Origin: an uncultured Verrucomicrobiae bacterium
GTDB taxonomy: Bacteria > Verrucomicrobiota > Verrucomicrobiia > Chthoniobacterales > UBA10450
Direction: 5' to 3'
Length of the DNA stretch: 64,000 nucleotides
Assembly: GCA_963801815.1 (NCBI GenBank)
Contig: CAWDGJ010000006.1
Span: 32,001 to 96,000 of the forward strand
Every line of letters begins with the position of its first letter. Position 1 is the first letter of the stretch. Under the pieces are notes generated by a model. That model saw only the letters and a list, made by a program, of their open reading frames with translations. It made no database searches and was not told the origin of the DNA. Position numbers and translations under genes: made by a program. Below, piece after piece: positions 10,286 to 20,327 of this stretch.

Positions 10286-11548
10286 ATGAAGGCGTTTCTC
10301 GCGATCGCGCTGTGCATCGTCGCGCTGGGTGTTGTTGTCGCGGAAGAAGTGAAGCCGACTCCTTCAAGCACTCCCGACGCGTCCGATGAAAATGTGCCGC
10401 GTGAATTTCTTGGATTCACCGACGCAAATACATTTCGCGGCGTGATCGACGATCCCGACGGCTACGTCAATCTGCGATCTGGACCGAATGCGAAGTCGCC
10501 AATTGTTACGAAGGTGAACAAAGGCGAGCAGTTCACGTTTCAGCGCCACGAATACGACCCGTGGTGCAAGGTGAAACTGGCTTCCGGCAAAACCGGTTGG
10601 ATCGATGCGCAGCGCATTCTTCTTTTTTTCACCAACAAGGATTTGCCGGGTAAACCGGAGCCGGGCGACGAGATCGACCAAGAGGCGCGCCACCACGGCA
10701 TTGATTATTACGAGGTTACCCAGGGCGCGGTGCGCGGCGACGTTGAAGCGCGCAAGAAATTTTTCGAGGTCAGCGACTATGCGGATGGCGCTGGAGCGGA
10801 AGAACACGAGGGCGTTCTCGGCGTGGTCCTGCATTTAATTGGTGATGACGCGCTGGCCGCGTTTTTGCAAAGCCAGCCGGTTCGGGTCCAGGTCGGCGTG
10901 AGAAATTCTATCGACGATGCCGTGACCTGGCCTTTTCGGAGCACGGGATATCTCTTCCATCATTTCCCCAAGACTTGGAAAATTTTCTTCTGCCGTGAGA
11001 TTACCGATTGGGCTTCACCCGACGGCCAATACGCGATCCACAAAATATTTTCGAACGAATACACCGACGAGGACTCCAAGGTCACTCGCGCGGAGCTGGT
11101 GGACAAAGCGAGCGGGAAGCGCGTGTTCGATCTTACTCGGGAAGATCACGGGTTCGGACGTGATCGCGAGGGCGATGTCGAGTGGGCGCCGGATTCAAAG
11201 GGCTTTCTTTTTAGCACGAGCCGGACTGCCCATGAGCAGGAAATGAAACTTTTCTATTTGTTAGGCAAGTCTTTCCAGAAGATTGAGCTTCCGCAACGGG
11301 ACAAGCCGCCGACGGAGCCGGCTCCAGAAATTGGCAACGCTGCTTATGATGCCGAAGGGTACGAGGAAATTCATTGGCACAGGCCGGGCGCGCTGATTTG
11401 CGACAAATCTTACATCTATAAGAAGACCGGCGCCGATGGTGACGCTTCTTACCTCTACCGGACCTACGAAATGACAATGTCCATTGGCGCGGATGGGAAA
11501 ATGACTAGCGCAGGAAAATGGTTGCTGCCGAAAAAAGGTGAAGAATAA
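10286..11548 (+). CDS. Secreted SH3b-domain protein with C-terminal WAPDS module
   Basis: Signal peptide; DPDGYVNLRSGP...W.KV....GKTGWI is a bacterial SH3 pattern. Confidence 0.8.
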   Translation: MKAFLAIALCIVALGVVVAEEVKPTPSSTPDASDENVPREFLGFTDANTFRGVIDDPDGYVNLRSGPNAKSPIVTKVNKGEQFTFQRHEYDPWCKVKLASGKTGWIDAQRILLFFTNKDLPGKPEPGDEIDQEARHHGIDYYEVTQGAVRGDVEARKKFFEVSDYADGAGAEEHEGVLGVVLHLIGDDALAAFLQSQPVRVQVGVRNSIDDAVTWPFRSTGYLFHHFPKTWKIFFCREITDWASPDGQYAIHKIFSNEYTDEDSKVTRAELVDKASGKRVFDLTREDHGFGRDREGDVEWAPDSKGFLFSTSRTAHEQEMKLFYLLGKSFQKIELPQRDKPPTEPAPEIGNAAYDAEGYEEIHWHRPGALICDKSYIYKKTGADGDASYLYRTYEMTMSIGADGKMTSAGKWLLPKKGEE

Positions 11549-11613
11549 CCGCTACGCACCGCCGCCGCCGGCAAAGTCGCGATCGAGTATAAGCAAATAA
11601 ACGAGGAGGAATA

Positions 11614-12042
11614 ATGTCGAGACCACTAACTGTTCGCGTCCGTATTTGGTTGGCCGGAATTTTGATTGTGCTGTTTTGTCCGGACGCTTTTGCGCAGAGC
11701 GACTTTTCGGCGTTCTGGAAGAAATTCAGCGCCGCGGTCATTGCCGGCGACAAAGCGACGGTGGCTGAGATGACGAAGTTTCCGTTGTCGATGCCCTACT
11801 CGATAAAAGCGGTAAAGAGCAAGGAGGATTTCGAGCGCCGTTATAACGAAATTTTCAATGGCGAGGCGAATGCCGCGCAATGTTTTCGAAATTCCAAACC
11901 GCAAAAGGAATCCGGACAATATGAGATCTACTGTCCGTTCAGGGAAACGCCTAGCGACAAGGAAAACGCACCAATCCGCTTTGTGTTCGAACTGACCAAG
12001 AGCGGTTGGAAATTTGCCGGGCTCGACAATATCAACGAATGA
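11614..12042 (+). CDS. Secreted hypothetical protein (NTF2-like pattern)
   Basis: SD GAGGAG upstream; signal peptide; F..FW.KF..AV...DK..VA.M..FPL and C-terminal F....GWKF.G. Confidence 0.75.
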   Translation: MSRPLTVRVRIWLAGILIVLFCPDAFAQSDFSAFWKKFSAAVIAGDKATVAEMTKFPLSMPYSIKAVKSKEDFERRYNEIFNGEANAAQCFRNSKPQKESGQYEIYCPFRETPSDKENAPIRFVFELTKSGWKFAGLDNINE

Positions 12043-12073
12043 GAAACGGAAAGAGAGTCGTTGTCGATCTTGT

Positions 12074-13559
12074 GATGAACAGAAAAGTTGTCGCCGCGGT
12101 TTTGTCGATTACGTGCGCGCTTTCGGCACGCGCGCAGGAGAATCAAGCAATGCAGCGTTCGCTTTCGCCCGACAAGAAATGGGAATACATGGGCGGCGAG
12201 ACGGCAAAACTTGTGAACGCGAGGACGAATGAGACCGCGCTCGATTTCGCAAACGAATGTGATTCCGGGCTGAGCGAACATCCCTCAGTACTTTGGGCGC
12301 CAGATTCAAAGCGCCTTGCGTTTTATAGCTGCGGCGCCGGGAAAGAGCAGCTCACTTTGCTCTACCAGCTGCGCGACGATCATTGGGTCGGGCTTGATCC
12401 GCCGCGGGACAAGCTTTTCGAGCTCGCCGGTGACAAGATCGACGCGCAAGCGAAGAAACAAGACCTGCCGAAGAAGACGTTCCTTCACATGCAATGGTGG
12501 AAGGTTGAGCCGCGGCAGTGGCTGGATGCGAGCACTCTGGTCGTCTACGCTTCGATGGCTGAAGTCGTACACCGCACCGACGGTGAATACGTCGGACCAG
12601 GCTTCAGCGCTAATCTTCTTGTCGATCTGAAATTCGACGACGCTGGCAATTGGAAAATCGCCAAGACGCACGAGATGACGGGCAAAGCGGCTGTATCGCC
12701 ATCGCGGTCGAGTCCACTGAACGACAAAGTTTTGTATCAAAGCCCGCAGGGAACTTATCGCATCCAGGCGAGCGCGGACGGGTCGGCGTTGTGGATCGTG
12801 TCGTCGAAAGATCCGAACCAGCGCAAACCGTTACCTGGTGCCGATCCCGATAATCGTTCGCCCGAAGAGTTCGGAGCTTCGCCCGACGAGCGCTGGTTGG
12901 TCGACAATCGCAAACCGGAACTTTACCACGACGCAGGTAATTTGGCGTTTGCGCCTTTTAACGGGAAGCAGTGGCTCTGGAAACGCGGGATGGAGTATGC
13001 GTCGGAACAATTCCACTTCGCTCGACGCGAGATGAGTGGCGAGTCGGCTGGCTGGAGCTTCGACTCCGCGCGCCTGCTGATTACTTTCAAAGCCGAAGCG
13101 CCTCAGGAGCGCTTCGCCTATTTCAATACCCGGACGAAAACTTTCGAACAAACGCCATATCTGCGAATGGTGAACACCAAGCTGAACACTGAAAAACCAT
13201 ACGAGGCTTTCCCGCAGATCTCGTTCGCGGGCGAGCGTCTCGGGAGCTATCTCGTTTTCGTCGAACCAATCGATCCGCCGCCGTCCGAGGAAATTCTGAA
13301 ATCGCGCTTCGCTGCTTTGGATCAGGAGATGAACACGCTTCGAGAAAAGCGCCTGGCCGAAATCGCCAAAAGCGCGGAGAAATCCATCGTCGACTTCAAC
13401 CGCTCCTATGCCGAGAAATGGAACAAGATGCGCGATGAGGCCGTGCAGCTCTATCTTCCATTTGCGCCGGATGCCGAAAAGGAAAGCCGAAAGCTACAAT
13501 TCCTTTGCGATCTCACCCAGCGAGAGGTGAATGGACTAAAGGAAATCAACGCCGAATAA
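12074..13559 (+). CDS. Secreted hypothetical protein with two SPD...W.xDS modules and a C-terminal LprI/DUF1311-like helical region
   Basis: Start at MNRKVV gives a signal peptide ending ARA; domain assignment is by eye. Confidence 0.7.
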
Positions 13560-13581
13560 GAATTCGGTTTTCATGAAATTC

Positions 13582-15468
13582 TCAGGGCCGCCGCTCTTTG
13601 ATCGACGATAAGATCTCCGCGATGGCCTCCTCGCGAGGCTTGGCGCCGAGGTTTCCTTTGCCGTGGACGCGAACGCTGACCGCGTTCGCGTCCATGTCGC
13701 GTTTACCGATTACGAACATGGTATGGACCTTCAATTGCTCGGCGCGCTGGATCTTTCCGTTGATCTGGTCCGTGCCCTTGTCGATCTCGGCGCGGACTTG
13801 ATGCGCGCGCAGCTCTTTCAAGATCGACATCGAGTAATCCACGAGCTTCGCGTCGTCGCCGATCGTGAGAATGCGGACCTGCTCGGGCGAAAGCCAAAGC
13901 GGAAAATTGCCGGCGTAATGCTCGATCAGGAATCCGATGAAGCGTTCATGCGTGCCCAGCGGTGCACGATGAATGCAAATCGGGATCTTCTCGGTGTTAT
14001 CCTTGTCCTTGTAACGAAGGTCAAAGCTTCGCGGCTGCGCGAAATCGACCTGGTTTGTTGCGATTGAAAATTCGCGTCCGATCACGCTCCAGGCCTGCAC
14101 ATCGATCTTCGGTCCATAAAACGCCGCTTCGTTCGGCACTTCGACATAGTTGATCCCGGAATTCTTTAGGACGTTGCGCGTCATCTCTTCGGTTTGCTTC
14201 CAAAGCTCGGGATCGTTCACGAACTTCTCGCCGAGCTTCGCCGGATCATGGGTTGAGAAGCGCATCAGGTACTTGTCGATTCCGAAAAGCTTGAAGTAAT
14301 TGAGATACATCTCGTTAACCGCGTTGAACTCGGTTTCGAATTGTTCGGGCGTCATGTAAAGATGCGCGTCGTTCATCTGGAGCGAGCGCACCCGCATCAG
14401 TCCGAAGAGTTCACCACTCTTCTCGTAGCGATAACAGGTTCCGTACTCCGCGAACCGCAATGGCAGGTCGCGATAACTCCGCGGCACGGCGGCAAACAAC
14501 TTGTGATGATGCGGACAGTTCATCGCCTTTAAATAATATCGGATTGCGGTTCGCGGATCGCGGCTACCGGCTACATGGACATCTTCCTTTCCGCTTTCCG
14601 GTATCCGGTCTCCGCTTTCGGACAGTTCCATCGGTGGAAACATCGAGTCGGCGTAGTAGGGAAGATGGCCGCTCTTTTTATATAAGCTTTCGCGGGCGAT
14701 ATGCGGAGTCCGGACGCGGACATACCCCGCCGCGAACTCCGTTTCTTTGGCGAGCTTCTCGAGCTCTTCGACGATCGCGGCTCCCCGCGGAAGAAACATT
14801 GGAAGACCCGGACCGACGTCGTCGTCGAAAACAAAAATTTCCAATTCGCGGCCGAGCTTGCGATGATCGCGCTTTTTCGCTTCCTCGAGCATCGCAAAAT
14901 ATTCTTCGAGCTCCTTTCTCGTCTTGAACGCGGTGCCGTAAACGCGCTGGAGCTGCGGATTCTTTTCGTCGCCTTTGTAATACGCGCTGGCGACGCTGGT
15001 GAGCTTGAACGCCCCGATGTTTCCCGTGCGCATCACGTGCGGGCCGGCGCAGAGATCGATGAAATCGCCGTTGCGATAGAGTGAGATCTTTTCGCCCGGT
15101 GGAATTCCTTCGAGGATATCGACCTTGAATTTGCTCGGTTCAGGCCTCGCACCAAGGGCACCAAGTTCACCACGTTTTCCCATGGCCAAGGCCTCATCGC
15201 GCGAGACCTCCATTTTCTCGAACGGATGATTCGCTTTGATTTCCTTTTTCATCTCCGCCTCGATCTTCTCGAAATCTTCTGGCGAGATGCGATGCGGAAG
15301 ATCGACATCGTAATAAAAACCGTTCTCGACCGGCGGCCCGGCAGCAAACTGCGCCTCGGGCCAGATTTTCAGGATCGCCGTAGCCAGCACGTGCGACGCG
15401 GAATGGCGGAGACGCTCGATGTCCGTCATCTGGGCGCGCTGTTCTAAAGTTTTGCGGTCCTCGTTCAT
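13582..15468 (-). CDS. thrS: Threonine--tRNA ligase
   Basis: RHSASH, DLCAGPH, RDHRKLG, KAMNCPHH, RYEKSG.L.GL.RVR, AFYGPKID, IHRAPLGTHERF; start at MNEDRK. Confidence 0.97.
   Translation of the reverse strand: MNEDRKTLEQRAQMTDIERLRHSASHVLATAILKIWPEAQFAAGPPVENGFYYDVDLPHRISPEDFEKIEAEMKKEIKANHPFEKMEVSRDEALAMGKRGELGALGARPEPSKFKVDILEGIPPGEKISLYRNGDFIDLCAGPHVMRTGNIGAFKLTSVASAYYKGDEKNPQLQRVYGTAFKTRKELEEYFAMLEEAKKRDHRKLGRELEIFVFDDDVGPGLPMFLPRGAAIVEELEKLAKETEFAAGYVRVRTPHIARESLYKKSGHLPYYADSMFPPMELSESGDRIPESGKEDVHVAGSRDPRTAIRYYLKAMNCPHHHKLFAAVPRSYRDLPLRFAEYGTCYRYEKSGELFGLMRVRSLQMNDAHLYMTPEQFETEFNAVNEMYLNYFKLFGIDKYLMRFSTHDPAKLGEKFVNDPELWKQTEEMTRNVLKNSGINYVEVPNEAAFYGPKIDVQAWSVIGREFSIATNQVDFAQPRSFDLRYKDKDNTEKIPICIHRAPLGTHERFIGFLIEHYAGNFPLWLSPEQVRILTIGDDAKLVDYSMSILKELRAHQVRAEIDKGTDQINGKIQRAEQLKVHTMFVIGKRDMDANAVSVRVHGKGNLGAKPREEAIAEILSSIKERRP
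14540..14620. repeat. Inverted heptamer-array element inside thrS
   Basis: Left arm cggattg cggttcg cggatcg cggctac cggctac (14540-14574); right arm ttccgct ttccggt atccggt ctccgct (14589-14616). Confidence 0.75.
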
Positions 15469-15486
15469 GAAAGGCCGGAGAAAATA

Positions 15487-15513
15487 ACCACGAACAACAC
15501 GAAGAACACCAAG
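15487..15513. repeat. 9-mer tandem repeat between thrS and pcm
   Basis: accacgaac aacacgaag aacaccaag. Confidence 0.65.
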
Positions 15514-15554
15514 AATTTGTCGCATCGGAATTAATGGTCTAGAGCGAATAGGTA

Positions 15555-16271
15555 ATGATGAGGCGGTTCTCGCATTGGCTTGCTATCGGTGTGGTAGTCG
15601 TGACCAGCTGCCAGAAGCAGCCCGTCTCCAGTTCCGAATTCGCCGCTGATCGGCAGAAAATGGTCGAGCAGCAGCTCAAGCCGCGGGGAATCCGCGACGA
15701 GCGGGTGCTGGCGGCGACGGCGAAAGTGCCGCGTGAAGAATTCGTCCCGGAAAATTTGCGAACGCAGGCGTATGCCGATAGAGCCCTGCCGATTGGTCAC
15801 GATCAAACAATCTCGCAACCATTCATCGTTGCGTTTATGACCGAACAACTTCACCCGCAACCGGCGGATCGTATTTTGGAAATCGGAACAGGATCGGGTT
15901 ATCAAACCGCGATCCTGGCCGAGCTGGTGAAAGACGTTTACACCATCGAGATCGTCGAACCGCTGGCGAAGGACGCGTCGGCGAGGTTGGCGAGACTTGG
16001 TTATAACAACGCGCATGTGAAAGTTGGCGACGGTTACCAAGGCTGGCCCGAGGTCGCGCCATTCGATGCAATCATTGTGACCTGCGCGCCGAGCAAGGTT
16101 CCGCAGCCGTTGACGCAACAGCTGAAAGAAAACGGACGTATGCTCATTCCGGTTGGAACTGGCATGGATCAACAGCTTTATTTGTTGGAAAAGAAAAACG
16201 GCCAGCTCGCGCAAACCGCGATCCTGCCGGTGCGCTTTGTGCAAATGACCGGCGAAGCGGAAAAGAAGTGA
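15555..16271 (+). CDS. pcm: Protein-L-isoaspartate O-methyltransferase
   Basis: VPREEFVP, AYADRALPIG..QTISQP, ILEIGTGSGYQ, GDGYQGWPE.APFDAI, VRFV.M. Confidence 0.95.
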   Translation: MMRRFSHWLAIGVVVVTSCQKQPVSSSEFAADRQKMVEQQLKPRGIRDERVLAATAKVPREEFVPENLRTQAYADRALPIGHDQTISQPFIVAFMTEQLHPQPADRILEIGTGSGYQTAILAELVKDVYTIEIVEPLAKDASARLARLGYNNAHVKVGDGYQGWPEVAPFDAIIVTCAPSKVPQPLTQQLKENGRMLIPVGTGMDQQLYLLEKKNGQLAQTAILPVRFVQMTGEAEKK

Positions 16272-16304
16272 CCCGCCTTCGCCCAAGGCTACGGCGTGGC
16301 AGGC
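16272..16304. repeat. CCCGCCTTCGC...GGCAGGC palindromic element between convergent genes
   Basis: cccgccttcgcccaaggctacggcgtggcaggc; a related inverted copy lies at 50951-50981. Confidence 0.75.
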
Positions 16305-16308
16305 AAGG

Positions 16309-16845
16309 TCACTTTTTGATTTCGGCGAGCTTTTTGAGGTCGACCCGTTTGATCCACTCCTGAAGATCCTTCGGATCAAGGTTGTGCAATTCAACGGTGA
16401 CGAAGTAGCGCTTCGCGAGCATGACCCAAAGTGTCGCTTGTTTCTGGTCTTTGTCGTAGGCTTCGAATCCGGGATTGCTATCAATGGCGACTGCCTTGGC
16501 GTAGCCGTCCGGCGTTTCGCTGTTCTGCTTCCACCCGTTGGTCGTGGCCTCGACGTAATCCGGGTTTGCCACCGAATCGAGAATGCTAATGGACGCTGTT
16601 GGCGCGTCGGGTCCTTCGCCCTTTTGATAATCGCGATGGACGTTGGTGATTTTAAATCCGCCAACATCGTCGCTCGAACCTTCCGCTTTCTCCGCAGTCC
16701 AACCAGCCGGCGGCTCGGGTAAAATTGGAATCAGTGTCGCGGGATCGGCAACGTCCGGGATCAGGTTTGGCTCGTTTTGCGCTTGCAGCGCAGCCACGCC
16801 AAGGCCGATGGCCAATGTCAGAAGATAGACGGTCGTCTTCATCAC
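16309..16845 (-). CDS. Secreted hypothetical protein
   Basis: Signal peptide; LPEPPAGW motif; convergent with pcm. Confidence 0.75.
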   Translation of the reverse strand: MMKTTVYLLTLAIGLGVAALQAQNEPNLIPDVADPATLIPILPEPPAGWTAEKAEGSSDDVGGFKITNVHRDYQKGEGPDAPTASISILDSVANPDYVEATTNGWKQNSETPDGYAKAVAIDSNPGFEAYDKDQKQATLWVMLAKRYFVTVELHNLDPKDLQEWIKRVDLKKLAEIKK

Positions 16846-16997
16846 ACGCGTTAGCTACTCGATTGACTTTGCTACGATGCTTTGTCAAGAGGCGATCCAT
16901 GAGACGAACGTCCCATCTTGCAATTATTATCTCGATCCTCGGCTCTGAACGAAGCAACTTCTGAATTTCAAATTTATCCGCTCGACCCAATATTGAA

Positions 16998-17492
16998 ATG
17001 AACGGCAAGAATTTCACTATTCGACCGGCTACAATCGGCGATGTCCCGGTCATTCTTGAATTAATCCGGGCCCTCGCAACCTACGAACGAGCGCCGGATG
17101 AAGTTATCGCAAGCGAGCAAGGTCTTACCGAGGTTCTCTTTGGCAAAAAGCCGGCTGCGGAGGTTTTGCTCGCGCGTGAGGGAGATAGAGCGGTGGGCTT
17201 CGCGGTCTTTTTTCACAATTTCTCGACCTGGCTCGGCCGGGTCGGACTTTATCTGGAAGATTTATTCGTCAGGCCGGAAGATCGCGGCAAAGGTTATGGA
17301 CGAGCTCTGCTCGTTCATCTTGCCAAAATCGCGCGCGACCGCGGTTGTGGCCGAATGGAATGGGCAGTGCTCGATTGGAACGAACCTGCGATCAATTTTT
17401 ATCGAAAGCTCGGTGCGAAACCGATGCACGAATGGACAGTTTTCCGATTAACTCCTGAGGATATCGCAAGCCTCGCCGATTCGCCGAGGTAG
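16998..17492 (+). CDS. GNAT N-acetyltransferase (diamine acetyltransferase-like)
   Basis: IRPAT..D, FSTWLG..GLYLEDLFV.PE.RGKGYG, WAVLDWNEPAINFY.KLGA. Confidence 0.92.
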   Translation: MNGKNFTIRPATIGDVPVILELIRALATYERAPDEVIASEQGLTEVLFGKKPAAEVLLAREGDRAVGFAVFFHNFSTWLGRVGLYLEDLFVRPEDRGKGYGRALLVHLAKIARDRGCGRMEWAVLDWNEPAINFYRKLGAKPMHEWTVFRLTPEDIASLADSPR

Positions 17493-17498
17493 CTCAGT

Positions 17499-18446
17499 TC
17501 ACGCGCGGACGAGGCGAGCGACCAGATCTTCGCTGGCGACAAAGCCGATCAAATTTCGTTTTTGATTAACAACCGCGGCCAATCCGAGCCGCGCTGCTCG
17601 CAAACGTTGGACTGCCTCTGCAGCCGGCTCCGTTTCTTGCACTGTGACCATGCGCCGCAAATACCGCGTGAGCGAGGGCGGTTTGTCCTGGTCCAGCAGA
17701 ATGTCGAACACGTTGACGAGTCCGATGGCGTCACCGCCAGCGTCGATGACCGGCAGACGATCGAACCCGGTGGAGCGACCCAGGTCGAGCGCCTCTTCGA
17801 CCGTGGAGTCTGGCTTCAGGCTCTTGATGTTTGACAGCGGTTTCATCACGTCCCGCGCCGTCACGTTTTGAAAATCGACCACGTTGTGAATCATGGCCCG
17901 TTCGGTGGCACTGAGTGACCCTTCGCGCTCGCTTTGGGCGGTGATTTGTTTCAGTTCATCACGTCCGGCGAACAAACGCGCGCTTTTCTTTGCTCGTGGT
18001 GGAAGAATGAGGCGACCTAACATTGCACCGATTGCGAGAAGCGGCGCAAGTAACGCCGTGGTGATTTCCAGAAATCGCGACAATGCACCGAGAGCTCGGT
18101 AGGGGAACCGACGAAACAACGATTTCGGCAAAACGCCGAGAACGAAAAGATAAATCGGGACTGCGATTGCGACGCTCAACAGAAAACCGGCGCCATGGAA
18201 ACGCAAGACAAGAAATCGCGTTAGAAGTAGCAGGCCGATGATGTCGGCGAGATTTGTAACCAGCAACACCGTAACGAGCAACCGTTCCGGACTTTTCAAG
18301 AGGCGATCCAGTCGCAGTGCATCCGGCCGGTTAAGTTTTACGTTGTATCGCAACCGTGCCGGATCCACCGTGGCGAGGCCGGCTTCGATTCCATTGAATA
18401 AGAATGAAACAACCCAACAGCCGAAAATGATGAAGAAATCCTTCAT
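17499..18446 (-). CDS. CNNM (DUF21)/CBS-domain membrane protein
   Basis: SFLFNGIEAG, TM helices, LPKSLF, ARDVMKP and a CBS pair. Confidence 0.88.
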   Translation of the reverse strand: MKDFFIIFGCWVVSFLFNGIEAGLATVDPARLRYNVKLNRPDALRLDRLLKSPERLLVTVLLVTNLADIIGLLLLTRFLVLRFHGAGFLLSVAIAVPIYLFVLGVLPKSLFRRFPYRALGALSRFLEITTALLAPLLAIGAMLGRLILPPRAKKSARLFAGRDELKQITAQSEREGSLSATERAMIHNVVDFQNVTARDVMKPLSNIKSLKPDSTVEEALDLGRSTGFDRLPVIDAGGDAIGLVNVFDILLDQDKPPSLTRYLRRMVTVQETEPAAEAVQRLRAARLGLAAVVNQKRNLIGFVASEDLVARLVRA

Positions 18447-19723
18447 GCCGCAGCCGTATCCGTTTGATTCTCTACGCAGGCCGTCTTTTCCAAAACGAGT
18501 TCCTTGATTCGCTTTCGACTCGTTCGTCTGATTATCACGGTCAGCCGCGGCAACTCGATACGGGTTCCTTCCGGCGGCAAAGATCCCATTTGATTGAAGA
18601 TAAGGCCGCCGATGGTGTCGATACCGTCCGCCTCCAATTCGAAGCCAAGGTATTCGCGCAAGTCGTCGAGGCGAGCCTGGCCGCTCACCAGAAATGTCCC
18701 GTTCTCGAGCGGCTCGATGTAAAGATCGACGTCTCCGCCGCGCGGCGCCGCGTCGCTCAGAATTTCTTCCACGATATCGGACATGGTGATGATGCCTTCA
18801 GTTCCACCAAATTCGTCAACCACGACCGCCAATCCCTGCGGATGTGTGAGAAACAATTTGAGCAAATCGAGCGCGCGCATCGTTTCCGGTACAAACGACG
18901 GCGCAAGCAATGTCTCAGTGTAATGCTCCGATGGATCCAGGAGGAATCGTTTCACATCGATGATCCCGACGACGTTGTCCGGCGTGTCGGCGTAAACTGG
19001 AACGCGCCGGTAACGGCGTTCTTTTAGCTGCTCAATCGCTTGTCCGTTTGTCAGGTCGTCCGCCAACGCAAAACTGTCCACCCGCGGCGTCATGCAATCT
19101 TTCGCTGTTTTGTCGCCCATCTTAATGATCTCCTGAATCATCTCGCCCTCGGCTTCGTGGAGCGTCCCTTCTTCCTCTCCGATTTCGACGAGCGCTCCAA
19201 ACTCCTCGTCGCTGAGTCGCGTCCGCGTCCGCAGGCGCGCCGGTGTCACAAGATCGACAATCACCTCACCGGCGCTTTCGAGCATACTTCCTACGCGATC
19301 GAGAAATCGCACCGAAGCCTGGAGGGCGAACGTGCCGATTGTTGAAAGTCGATATGGCGCGGAAAGCGCGAGCAACTTCGGGATCAAATCGCAAAGCAGC
19401 ACGACGACAGCGAAGATCACAATCGCGGTGAGCCATTGCGGAACCCGGCCGGCCAGCGGACCACGCCAGAGCAGGAACAGACACAGGACGACCAACGGCA
19501 CTTTGACCAGCGCATCTCCGAGCAGCAATCCATTCAACACCCGGCGCGGCTTGTCGCGGAACAACTGGACGAATTTGGTCAGCGCGGGATGATTTGCCTC
19601 CAATCGTCGCAATTGGTGCGGCCGCAGCGAAAACAGCGCGGTTTCCAGTCCGGAAAAGAGCGCAGAGAAAAAAATCAGCCCGGCGATCGCAACAAAAGAA
19701 ACCGCCAGCTCCAGCGGCGTCAT
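18443..19723 (-). CDS. CNNM/CBS/CorC (HlyC/CorC family) protein
   Basis: SALFSGLETALFSL, MTPRVD, VVVDEFGGTEGIITMSDIVEEI, DTIGGLI. Confidence 0.92.
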   Translation of the reverse strand: MTPLELAVSFVAIAGLIFFSALFSGLETALFSLRPHQLRRLEANHPALTKFVQLFRDKPRRVLNGLLLGDALVKVPLVVLCLFLLWRGPLAGRVPQWLTAIVIFAVVVLLCDLIPKLLALSAPYRLSTIGTFALQASVRFLDRVGSMLESAGEVIVDLVTPARLRTRTRLSDEEFGALVEIGEEEGTLHEAEGEMIQEIIKMGDKTAKDCMTPRVDSFALADDLTNGQAIEQLKERRYRRVPVYADTPDNVVGIIDVKRFLLDPSEHYTETLLAPSFVPETMRALDLLKLFLTHPQGLAVVVDEFGGTEGIITMSDIVEEILSDAAPRGGDVDLYIEPLENGTFLVSGQARLDDLREYLGFELEADGIDTIGGLIFNQMGSLPPEGTRIELPRLTVIIRRTSRKRIKELVLEKTACVENQTDTAAA

Positions 19724-19809
19724 TCTTGGCTGCGGCGCCGAATGTTATCGGGGCCCTCCGGAAAAGTCGGTTTGCCCATCATCTGAGGCATGCTGAAATT
19801 AAGCGCTTC

Positions 19810-20277
19810 ATGAGCAAAGGCGAAAGAATTTCGCAATTCGTGCGGGACCTCGAAGGCGAGGGTGACAATTTTTCCGGCGAGATCGCGCAACATCCGTTCT
19901 ATCGGGCCTATTTTCGGTGTTGGAACGATCAACGATACTACGAAGCGCACGACGTGCTGGAGCATCTCTGGCTCAATAGCGACACCGTCGACGATAATTT
20001 TTTCAAGGGGCTGATCCAGGCCGCGGGCGCGTTCGTTCATCTCCAAAAGAATTTCGAGCACCCGACACATGTGAAGCATAGCCGGCGCCTCCGCCCGGCG
20101 GTGCGACTCTTCGAGCTGGCGGAGAAGAACCTCGGCCCGTTCGCTCCGTCGCATCACGCGCTCGACATCGCGGCTCTTCTCAATCTTCTGCGCGGAACGC
20201 GCGAGCGGATTATTGCGTCAGATTTCAAAACCAATCCATGGTCGCCAGCGACCGCGCCTAAAATCAAATTGATGTAG
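19810..20277 (+). CDS. DUF309 family protein
   Basis: YYEAHDVLEHLW and FFKGLIQAA.A..H motifs; start at MSKGE. Confidence 0.88.
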   Translation: MSKGERISQFVRDLEGEGDNFSGEIAQHPFYRAYFRCWNDQRYYEAHDVLEHLWLNSDTVDDNFFKGLIQAAGAFVHLQKNFEHPTHVKHSRRLRPAVRLFELAEKNLGPFAPSHHALDIAALLNLLRGTRERIIASDFKTNPWSPATAPKIKLM

Positions 20278-20324
20278 CCACCGGCCTGTGGCCGGTCGCT
20301 CACGGCGCATAGCGCCGTGGCTAC
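20274..20324. repeat. GTAG-type REP doublet (REPIN-like)
   Basis: GTAGCC-ACCGGCCTGTGGCCGGT ... ACGGCGCATAGCGCCGT-GGCTAC; inverted termini, each followed by a hairpin. Confidence 0.85.
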
Positions 20325-20327
20325 AAC

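Noticed and set aside
15531..16667. 378-aa minus-strand ORF
   Set aside because: Antisense to pcm and out of frame with the 16309-16845 gene; no recognisable motifs.
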